The notes beneath the pieces are model-generated. The model had not been told where the DNA came from, made no database searches, and saw nothing but the letters and a program-made list of their open reading frames with translations. This document shows positions 9,703 to 17,678 of a stretch of DNA of 64,000 nucleotides, piece after piece (the stretch's first letter is position 1; every line of letters starts with the position of its first letter). Source of the stretch: Bacteroidetes bacterium RIFCSPLOWO2_12_FULL_35_15 (GTDB lineage Bacteria > Bacteroidota > Bacteroidia > 2-12-FULL-35-15); assembly GCA_001769385.1 (NCBI GenBank), contig MEPB01000068.1:63917-127916 (forward strand), in the 5' to 3' direction. The translations under genes and the position numbers were made by a program.

Positions 9703-10738
9703 AATAATTAATTTATCTTTTTGTGGTTTGATAAGCATTCAGTTATTATCAGCACAAATTATTTCTCCATTTAATAAAGTAATGGTGGCCGACACTTCCG
9801 GTAATTATTCCTTTATTGTGAGTGGCCATTTTCACGGAGCTTCCACGAATCTTTCCACCTATCCTGCTTCCACGTTATTAGCGAATATAGATAACTTGAA
9901 CTCTTTGAAGCCAAATTTTTTAATGAGTTTGGGGGATATGTTCCTGGATGTGAATGAAACCTATTTAGAACATTATAAAACATCGTTATTTGAAAAGTTA
10001 AAAATGCCATTGTTGAATGCTGTTGGTAACCATGATCTGTCAAATGGTAATATGTATGAAAAAGTATTTGGCCGGACATATTTTTCATTTACTGCTCAAT
10101 CAGAATTATTTATTGTTCTGAATACGGAAATAAATGATGGAAGCATTAAAGGAGAGCAGCTCGAATTTTTAAAAGTTTGCTTAAATAAAGCAAAGTCAGC
10201 TGATATAAAAAATATTTTTATTTTTTCTCATCGACCTATTTGGGCGGAGGGAAATCCTAAATATGATATGTTATTCGAAGGTAACACGCATAGTCAGTTT
10301 GGTTCACCCAACTTCGAAAAAGAAATTCGTCCTCTACTCGAAAATATGACCTTACCAATTTTTTGGATTTCCGGATCGTTGGCAGGTGGACCGGCTTCAT
10401 TTTTTTATGATAAAGATGAAAACGACTCTATAACATTTATGCAAACCGCAATTCGTGATTTGCCAAGGGATGCCGTCTTACAAATAAATGTAAAAGATGG
10501 AAATGTTACGTTCAAAGGAGTTTCTTTAACAGGTCAGACACTCGAACCAATTGAAAACTACACGATTGATTATTGGAAAAAAACGATTCCGCCCGAAGCC
10601 TCTTTTAATTACAGACTAATTCCTTTATTATTTATTCAAATGTTGAAGCATTACTTTTTTTGGATTGGTTTTGTATCTTCATTAATTTTCTTTTTTGTTT
10701 TAAAATGGATCTTTAACAGATGGAAAAAAAGAAAATAG
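9680..10738 (+). CDS. Calcineurin-like metallophosphoesterase with C-terminal TM helix
   Basis: GHFHG, LGD, VGNHD and FSHRP motifs; signal-like N-terminus and hydrophobic C-terminus. Confidence 0.75.
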   Translation: MIKRNVNKIINLSFCGLISIQLLSAQIISPFNKVMVADTSGNYSFIVSGHFHGASTNLSTYPASTLLANIDNLNSLKPNFLMSLGDMFLDVNETYLEHYKTSLFEKLKMPLLNAVGNHDLSNGNMYEKVFGRTYFSFTAQSELFIVLNTEINDGSIKGEQLEFLKVCLNKAKSADIKNIFIFSHRPIWAEGNPKYDMLFEGNTHSQFGSPNFEKEIRPLLENMTLPIFWISGSLAGGPASFFYDKDENDSITFMQTAIRDLPRDAVLQINVKDGNVTFKGVSLTGQTLEPIENYTIDYWKKTIPPEASFNYRLIPLLFIQMLKHYFFWIGFVSSLIFFFVLKWIFNRWKKRK

Positions 10739-11766
10739 TTTTTCTTTATACCGAAATTGCTGATTATTTTTTAGCAGGATGTAAAGCATTAATCGAAAAA
10801 AATGCAGAAGTGCATATAATACGCTATCCTGTGAATAAAGAAGCGCCATTTCAATTCGATATTCCTGAAAAAATAAAAATTTATGAACGGAATAATTACG
10901 ATAAAAAAACTTTACTTTCTCTCGTTGAATCAATCAACCCGCAAATAATTGTATGCAGTGGTTGGGTTGACAAAAGCTATTTAACTATATGTAAAGTTTT
11001 TAAGAAAAAAGCGATAACTGTTTTAACCCTAGATAATCATTGGAGAGGAGATATTAAACAACGTATCGCCTCCTTCATAAGCCCTTTTTATTTACTAAAA
11101 CGATTTTCGAATTGTTGGGTGCCCGGTTCTTTGCAATTTGAATATGCACTAAAATTAGGTTTTAATAAAAAATCAATTTTATCAGGGTTTTATTCTTGCG
11201 ATTTTGATATGTTTTATAAACAATACCTGGCAAATAAAGATGAAAAACAAAAATATTTTCCAAAACGTTTTATTTTTGTGGGTCGTTATTACGAATTTAA
11301 AGGCATCAAAGATCTTTGGCAGGCATTTATTGAGTTGCAGACAAAGGAACCAACAGAATGGGAGTTATGGTGCTTAGGAACAGGTGATATTGAACCCATT
11401 AAGCATGATAAGATAAAGCATTTCGGATTTGTTCAACCGAAAGATCTACCTGAATTTATAAAGGAAACAGGTGTTTTTGTCTTGCCTAGTCATTTTGAGC
11501 CCTGGGGCGTTGTGGTGCATGAATTTGCAGCTGCAGGTTTTCCTATCATTTGCAGTGATGAAGTTGGTGCAAGGGGAATATTTGTTGAAGAAAATGTGAA
11601 TGGCTATATTTACAAAGCCGGTGATGTTGGAGAATTAAAAAAGCAATTGAAAAAGATGATGAGTTTAGGAGATCAAAAATTAATTGAGATGGGGAAAAAA
11701 AGTATAGAGAAAGCAAAGCAAATTACTCCGGATAGTTGGGCAGATACGTTGATGAAATTGTTGTAA
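10720..11766 (+). CDS. Glycosyltransferase family 4
   Basis: FVGRYYEFKG and LPSHFEPWGVVVHEFAAAG motifs. Confidence 0.9.
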   Translation: MEKKKIVFLYTEIADYFLAGCKALIEKNAEVHIIRYPVNKEAPFQFDIPEKIKIYERNNYDKKTLLSLVESINPQIIVCSGWVDKSYLTICKVFKKKAITVLTLDNHWRGDIKQRIASFISPFYLLKRFSNCWVPGSLQFEYALKLGFNKKSILSGFYSCDFDMFYKQYLANKDEKQKYFPKRFIFVGRYYEFKGIKDLWQAFIELQTKEPTEWELWCLGTGDIEPIKHDKIKHFGFVQPKDLPEFIKETGVFVLPSHFEPWGVVVHEFAAAGFPIICSDEVGARGIFVEENVNGYIYKAGDVGELKKQLKKMMSLGDQKLIEMGKKSIEKAKQITPDSWADTLMKLL

Positions 11767-11792
11767 TTTGTTTTGTCAAAAGACAAATATGA

Positions 11793-12062
11793 CTGTCATT
11801 TCGAACGAAATGAAATGAAGAGAGAAATCTGTTTATCGAGGTGAGATTTCTCCCGGTGGTCGAAATGACATTAGGGGTTGTCATTTCGAAAGGAATGAAA
11901 TGAAGAGCGAAATCTGTTTATCGAGATGAGATTTCTCCCGGAGTTTACCTGAGCGGAGTCGAAGGGGTCAAATGAGACGTACGAAGTCATTTCGACCGAA
12001 ATGAAATGTAAAGAGAAATCTGTTTTGGAGAACGAAATGCAATGAAGAGAGAAATCTCATTT
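11793..12062 (+). repeat. Family A palindromic repeat array upstream of the GIY-YIG gene (2 full units plus 2 left halves)
   Basis: Units at about 11793 and 11879; half units at about 11986 and 12030; same consensus as 3269-3923. Confidence 0.92.
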
Positions 12063-12088
12063 TAGAGGAATCATAATTTAAAATTAAA

Positions 12089-12409
12089 ATGAAACACCAT
12101 AACTATTTTGTATATATTTTAACAAATAAAAACAAAACTGTTTTATACATTGGTGTTACGAATAACCTTGAAAGAAGAATATACGAGCATGAAAGTAATA
12201 GTGGAAATAATTATAAATTTACCTCAAAATACAATTGCATAAATCTTATTTATCATGAAAGATTTGGTAATATAAATCAAGCAATTGAAAGGGAGACAGA
12301 ATTAAAAAAGTGGAGAAGAGAAAAGAAAAATGATTTGATAAATGCAGTTAATCCAAATTGGGATTTTCTAAATGAGGAAATTAAAGAAAGATTTTTTGAA
12401 AAGGTTTGA
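12089..12409 (+). CDS. Small stand-alone GIY-YIG nuclease family protein
   Basis: YFVYILTNKNKTVLYIGVTNNLERRIYEH, FTSKY, AIERE..LKKWRREKK..LI...NP.W motifs. Confidence 0.92.
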   Translation: MKHHNYFVYILTNKNKTVLYIGVTNNLERRIYEHESNSGNNYKFTSKYNCINLIYHERFGNINQAIERETELKKWRREKKNDLINAVNPNWDFLNEEIKERFFEKV

Positions 12410-12413
12410 AAAT

Positions 12414-12722
12414 AAAATTTCTTTCTGATCGAAATGGTTAATTTTACTGTCATTTCGAACGGAACAAAGTGAAGAGAGAAATCTCATTTCACGAAGATGA
12501 GATTTCTCCCTCTGGTCGAAATGACATAAAGTACTGTCATTTCGAACGGAATGAAATGAAGAGAGAAATCTGTTTATCGAGGTGAGATTTCTCCCGGAGT
12601 TTACCTGAGCGGAGTCGAAGGGGTCGAAATGACATTAAAAACTGTCATTTCGAACGGAACAGAGTGAAGAGAGAAATCTCATTTAACGAAGAAAAGATTT
12701 CTTCCTTTGCTCGAAATGAACA
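12414..12722 (+). repeat. Family A palindromic repeat array downstream of the GIY-YIG gene (degenerate right half plus 3 full units)
   Basis: Right-half remnant AAATTTCTTTCTGATCGAAATGG at about 12415-12437; full units at about 12447, 12534 and 12642. Confidence 0.92.
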
Positions 12723-12744
12723 GTTCTACTTGAAACAATAAATT

Positions 12745-14640
12745 ATGTGTGGCATAAACGGAATAGTAGGTTTTAATGATCTAATCCTTGCAAAACAAAA
12801 AATAATTGCAATGAATAACCGTATGCGGCATCGTGGACCGGATGATGAGGGTGTATTTGTGGCTGATAAAATTGCATTAGGTCATAGACGTCTTTCGATC
12901 ATTGATCTTTCTGCTGCAGGACACCAACCCATGCAATCGCATGATGGAAGATATCAAATAGTTTATAATGGAGAGATCTATAATTATAAAGAACTGAAAT
13001 TTGAATTACAACGTGTTGTTTCCGGTTCAAACCAGCAAACTTATTTTTTTCAAACTAATACGGATACTGAAGTTATCATTGCTGCTTATGCTCGCTGGGG
13101 TTCCGACTGTGTCAATCATTTCAATGGTATGTTTGCTTTTGCCATCTGGGATGATCAGACCAAAGAATTATTTATTGCACGCGATAGATTAGGGATAAAG
13201 CCATTGTATTATTGTTTTACGGATGGTGTATTTGCTTTTTCTTCTGAGCTGCGTTCGTTGTTAGCATGTGAACTAATTCCTAAAAAAATAGATGAAGATA
13301 GTTTAATTGATTATCTCCGCTATCAAACTGTTCATGCTCCCAATACTATTGTAAAAGGCATAAAAATGCTTATGCCCGGACATTTCATTGAAATGAAAAA
13401 TGAGCAATTAACAATAAAAAATTATTGGTCCCTAACAAAAAACATTTCCAACGAATCGAATGATAAGAGTTATAATGATGTTTGTAAGGATGTGAATCAG
13501 CTATTAACAAAATCTGTTGAAAGACGTTTGATCGCTGATGTTCCATTTGGCGCATTTCTTTCAGGAGGAATAGATTCCAGTGCCATAGTAGGATTGATGA
13601 GCAAAGTCTCGACTGAAAAAGTGAAGACCTTTTCAGTAACATTTGATGAAAGGGAATTTTCCGAAGCAAAATATGCACAACTGATCGCTAAAAAATTTAA
13701 TACAGATCATCATGAAATAAAATTGAAACCCTCTGATTTTATTGAGCAATTACCAAATGCCTTAAAAGCAATGGATCACCCAAGTGGTGATGGACCCAAT
13801 ACATTTATTGTTTCAAAAGCAACCAAAGAAGCAGGGATCACCATGGCATTATCAGGGTTAGGTGGCGATGAATTATTTGCAGGGTATGATGTTTTTAAAA
13901 AATCATTGGAATTAAATAAAAAAGCCTGGTTAAATCTGATTCCACAATTTATGCGTGGAGCAGGAGCTTCGATTTTACTTAAGGCAAAGCCAGGCGTTTC
14001 ATCAGAAAAAATTGCAGAATTATTAAAACAAAATAAAATAAATTTCAATTCTTTTTATCCTATAACCCGTCAGGTACTTATGGATAAACAAATTCTCGAA
14101 ATAGTAAATGGTGAAACCTTAGTAGCCAATAAAGTGTCTGAAATAATTTCGGAAATACAACCAATATCCAACATCCAACAACTAACATCCGTCAGTATTG
14201 CAGAAATATCTACCTATATGCAAAATGTGCTTTTGCGCGATGCTGATCAAATGAGTATGGCGCATGCATTAGAAGTTCGTGTCCCCTTTTTGGATCACAC
14301 ATTGGTTGAATATGTTTTAGGTGTTCCCGATAACTATAAAAGTACTGTTTCCCCTAAAAAATTATTAGTAGATGCATTAGGTGAGCTCTTACCTTCAGAA
14401 ATTGTTAACCGACCAAAAATGGGTTTTACTTTTCCATGGAAAAATTGGATGAAAAACGAATTGAAAATCGTTTGCGAACAAAAAATAGTATCATTATCCA
14501 AACGCAAATTATTTAATGAACAAGGTGTTACGAACTTATGGAACTCTTTTCTGAAAGATGATCCACGAATTACCTGGTCGCGAATCTGGTATTTAGTTGT
14601 ATTGGAAAATTGGATGCAGGAAAATGGAATTGAAAATTAA
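12745..14640 (+). CDS. asnB: Asparagine synthase (glutamine-hydrolysing)-type amidotransferase of a polysaccharide locus
   Basis: N-terminal MCGI, HRGPD, LGHRRLSIID, FLSGGIDSS, SGLGGDELFAGY and EVRVPFLDH motifs. Confidence 0.93.
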   Translation: MCGINGIVGFNDLILAKQKIIAMNNRMRHRGPDDEGVFVADKIALGHRRLSIIDLSAAGHQPMQSHDGRYQIVYNGEIYNYKELKFELQRVVSGSNQQTYFFQTNTDTEVIIAAYARWGSDCVNHFNGMFAFAIWDDQTKELFIARDRLGIKPLYYCFTDGVFAFSSELRSLLACELIPKKIDEDSLIDYLRYQTVHAPNTIVKGIKMLMPGHFIEMKNEQLTIKNYWSLTKNISNESNDKSYNDVCKDVNQLLTKSVERRLIADVPFGAFLSGGIDSSAIVGLMSKVSTEKVKTFSVTFDEREFSEAKYAQLIAKKFNTDHHEIKLKPSDFIEQLPNALKAMDHPSGDGPNTFIVSKATKEAGITMALSGLGGDELFAGYDVFKKSLELNKKAWLNLIPQFMRGAGASILLKAKPGVSSEKIAELLKQNKINFNSFYPITRQVLMDKQILEIVNGETLVANKVSEIISEIQPISNIQQLTSVSIAEISTYMQNVLLRDADQMSMAHALEVRVPFLDHTLVEYVLGVPDNYKSTVSPKKLLVDALGELLPSEIVNRPKMGFTFPWKNWMKNELKIVCEQKIVSLSKRKLFNEQGVTNLWNSFLKDDPRITWSRIWYLVVLENWMQENGIEN

Positions 14641-14668
14641 TAACAAAAATGTTTATTAAAAACTATTT

Positions 14669-14700
14669 CCCTCCTATTTAAAGGAGGGGTTAGGGGTGGT
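14669..14700 (+). repeat. Family B short hairpin repeat (CCCTCT/CC-loop-GGAGAGGG plus GGGTGAGG-type tail), variant copy
   Basis: CCCTCCT ATTTAA AGGAGGG GTTAGGGGTGGT; related copies at 25301, 46101, 56005, 58216, 58309 and 59761. Confidence 0.65.
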
Positions 14701-14702
14701 CT

Positions 14703-15845
14703 ATGACAAAAAAGAAAATTCTCATATTCATTGATTGGTATTTACCCGGTTACAAAGCAGGCGGACCGATTCAATCGGTTTCTAATCTGGTAGAACATTT
14801 AAAAAATGAATTTGAGTTTTCTATTATTACACGGGATACGGATTATTGTGAAAGCAAGCCATATCCAAATGTAAAAAGTGATCAATGGAACAAGTTACAA
14901 AACGGGGTTAACGTCTATTATTTTTCCAAAGATCAATTGACACGCTCAAATATTCGTGATCTTATCGATAAAACAGAATTTGATGCAGTATATCTTAACG
15001 GCATTTATTCCCTTTACTTTACCTTGTTCCCGCTTTATTATTTGCGTAAAAAAAAGAAAAAACGTATTGTTATTGCTGCAAGAGGAATGTTTGCTGAAAG
15101 TGCATTAGGGGTAAAAAAAACAAAGAAACGAATATTTTTAAGCTGCATTAAGATATTAAAAATGTTTGACGATGTACTATTTCATGCAACAACAGAAAAT
15201 GAAAAAAATGAAATACAAAAAGTGCTTGAAAAAAAAACAAAAGTGAAAGTGGCCGGAAATCTTCCTCAAAAAGCAAATGTCGAAAATGTTCCGAAAAGAA
15301 TAAAATCAAGAGATTTGGTAAGGCTCATCAATGTGGCTCGAATTGCACCAGAAAAAAACTTATTGTATGCTTTACAAGTTCTAAAAGGTGTGAAATCAAG
15401 TGTTGAATTTGATTTTTATGGGCCAATTTATAACCTGGAGTACTGGAAGGAATGTGAAAATGCAATTAACAAATTACCTTCCAATATAAAAGTTTGTTAT
15501 AAAGGCAGTATTGAACCTGAAAGGGTGTTAGATGTTATGAGGGATTATCATTTTATGTTTATGCCAACCCGGGGAGAAAATTTCGGACACATTATTTTGC
15601 AATCGTTAATGATCGGTTGTCCTGTAATAATTAGTGATCAAACTCCGTGGAAACAACTCTATGAAAAAAATATTGGATGGGATATTTCGTTAGAAAACAC
15701 CGAAGAGTTTGCTAAAACAATTGATTCATGTGTTCTGATGAACCAAACAGATTATGACCAAATGTCAAATTCGGCTTTTGATTATGCTCAACAATATATT
15801 CATAACCCTGAAATTAGTGCACAAAATCGGGCTTTGTTCCTTTAG
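14703..15845 (+). CDS. Glycosyltransferase family 4
   Basis: YLPGYKAGGPIQS N-terminus, ARIAPEKN and GENFGHIILQSL motifs. Confidence 0.9.
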   Translation: MTKKKILIFIDWYLPGYKAGGPIQSVSNLVEHLKNEFEFSIITRDTDYCESKPYPNVKSDQWNKLQNGVNVYYFSKDQLTRSNIRDLIDKTEFDAVYLNGIYSLYFTLFPLYYLRKKKKKRIVIAARGMFAESALGVKKTKKRIFLSCIKILKMFDDVLFHATTENEKNEIQKVLEKKTKVKVAGNLPQKANVENVPKRIKSRDLVRLINVARIAPEKNLLYALQVLKGVKSSVEFDFYGPIYNLEYWKECENAINKLPSNIKVCYKGSIEPERVLDVMRDYHFMFMPTRGENFGHIILQSLMIGCPVIISDQTPWKQLYEKNIGWDISLENTEEFAKTIDSCVLMNQTDYDQMSNSAFDYAQQYIHNPEISAQNRALFL

Positions 15846-15863
15846 GTTTAATAAATTTGTAAA

Positions 15864-16412
15864 ATGAATAAAACTAATTTAGCAAGATTCAATAATTCCT
15901 GGTACAATACGGGTGCAAACCCATTTAAGCGTTTGTGTTGGTATTTTGCAAATGCCGTTTGCTTTAATTCCTCTTTTCCAATTAATAGGGTTAAGATTTT
16001 TTTATTGCGGATATATGGGGCAAAAATCGGTTCTGGTGTCATAATTAAACCTCATGTAAATATTAAATATCCCTGGAAGTTGATAGTAGGAAAAAATGTT
16101 TGGATCGGAGAAAATGTTTGGATTGATAATTTGGAGCAAATAACTATCGGAGATAATGTATGTGTATCACAAGGAGCGATGTTGTTGTGTGGAAACCATG
16201 ACTATACTAAAACAACATTCGATTTAATTGTCAGATCAATTGTTTTGGAAGAAGGTGTCTGGATTGGTGCAAAAGCAATTGTTTGCCCGGGTATAAAATG
16301 TTTTTCACATTCTGTTTTATCGGTTGCTTCTATTGCAACTTCTGATCTGGAAGCTTATTCAATTTATCAAGGGAATCCTGCTGTTAAGGTCAGAGAACGA
16401 ATAATTCAATAA
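15864..16412 (+). CDS. wcaF: WcaF-like polysaccharide acetyltransferase
   Basis: LLRIYGAKIG, IKYPWKL..G..VWIGE, SQGAMLLCGNHDY motifs; preceded by TAAATTTG. Confidence 0.85.
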   Translation: MNKTNLARFNNSWYNTGANPFKRLCWYFANAVCFNSSFPINRVKIFLLRIYGAKIGSGVIIKPHVNIKYPWKLIVGKNVWIGENVWIDNLEQITIGDNVCVSQGAMLLCGNHDYTKTTFDLIVRSIVLEEGVWIGAKAIVCPGIKCFSHSVLSVASIATSDLEAYSIYQGNPAVKVRERIIQ

Positions 16413-17159
16413 ATGCTCAAAGTTTCCATCATAACCGTTTGTTATAATAGTGCTGAAACTATTGAAAATACAATTCAATCTGTTCTTGAGCAAGATTATA
16501 AAAATATCGAATATATTATTATTGATGGGAAATCATCGGATACTACACTTCAGATAATTGATAAGTATAGTTCCCGTATTTCAAAAGTAATTTCTGAAAA
16601 AGACGATGGAATTTATTTTGCCATCAATAAGGGGATTGCGACTGCAACAGGTGATATCATTGGAATTCTTCATGCAGACGATTTTTATACGAATGAGCAG
16701 ATCATTTCTAAGGTTGTAAATAAATTCCAGGAAAAGCATGTTGATACAGTTTATGGCAATCTGCAATATGTTGATAGAATAGATATTTCAAAAATAAAGC
16801 GTAATTGGATCTCAGGAGATTATAAAGAGGGATTGTTTTTGAAAGGATGGATGCCTCCTCATCCCACATTTTTTGTTCAAAAAAACTGTTATGAGAAATA
16901 CGGTGTTTTTAATACTTCCTTAAGATCAGCGTCAGATTATGAATTAATGTTACGTTTATTGCATAAGAACAAATGTTCAACTGTTTATATTCCCGAAGTG
17001 CTTGTTAAAATGAGGGTAGGAGGGAAGAGCAATGTCTCCTTACTAAATAGAATTAAAGCAAACAGGGAAGATAAAAAAGCCTGGTTATTGAATGATTTGA
17101 AACCTGGAATATTTACATTGTTTTTAAAGCCACTTTCCAAATTAAGACAATTTTTTTAA
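16413..17159 (+). CDS. Glycosyltransferase family 2 (WcaE-like)
   Basis: KVSIITVCYN, IIDGKSSD, LHADD, PPHPTFF and SDYE motifs. Confidence 0.92.
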   Translation: MLKVSIITVCYNSAETIENTIQSVLEQDYKNIEYIIIDGKSSDTTLQIIDKYSSRISKVISEKDDGIYFAINKGIATATGDIIGILHADDFYTNEQIISKVVNKFQEKHVDTVYGNLQYVDRIDISKIKRNWISGDYKEGLFLKGWMPPHPTFFVQKNCYEKYGVFNTSLRSASDYELMLRLLHKNKCSTVYIPEVLVKMRVGGKSNVSLLNRIKANREDKKAWLLNDLKPGIFTLFLKPLSKLRQFF

Positions 17160-17162
17160 CGT

Positions 17163-17190
17163 TCATTGCGAGTGATAGCGAAGCAATCTC
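17163..17190 (+). repeat. Family C half-repeat (TCATTGCGAG...CGAAGCAATC)
   Basis: TCATTGCGAGTGATAGCGAAGCAATCTC; related degenerate full copy at 30439-30510. Confidence 0.55.
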
Positions 17191-17210
17191 CCCAAAAAGT
17201 CTTGTGTTTA

Positions 17211-17616
17211 AATTTCGAACACAATGAAATGTAGAAAGAAATCTGTTTATTGAACGCAATTGTCATTTCGAACGGAACGAAGAGAAGAGAGAAATCTGTT
17301 TATCGAGGTGAGATTCTTCATTTCATTCAGAATGACATTTAGGAAAGTCATTTGGAACGCAATGAAATGTAGAAAGAAATCTGCTTATCAAACACAACTG
17401 TCATTTCGAACGGAATGGAATGAAGAGAGAAATCTGCTTATCGGAGGAGAGATTCTTCCTTTCATTCAGAATAACATTTATGAACTGTCATTTCGAACGG
17501 AATGGAATGAAGAGAGAAATCTGCTTATCGAGCTGAGATTTCTTCATTTCATTAAGAATGACATTTAGGAAAGTCATTTCGAAAGGAATGGAATGAAGAG
17601 AGAAATCGGCTTATCG
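17211..17616 (+). repeat. Family A array with variant right halves and interspersed half units
   Basis: Left halves at about 17211, 17261, 17347, 17398, 17485 and 17573; three are followed by an AGATTCTTCATTTCATTCAGAATGACA-type right arm. Confidence 0.9.
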
Positions 17617-17626
17617 AAAAAAATAA

Positions 17627-17663
17627 AAAGAAAGGCTGCCTCGATTTCGAGGCAGCCTTTTTA
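17627..17663. terminator. Likely bidirectional intrinsic terminator between convergent transcription units
   Basis: AAAGGCTGCCTCG-ATTT-CGAGGCAGCCTTT 13-bp perfect stem flanked by A- and T-tracts. Confidence 0.8.
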
Positions 17664-17678
17664 TAAAGCAAATGAAAA

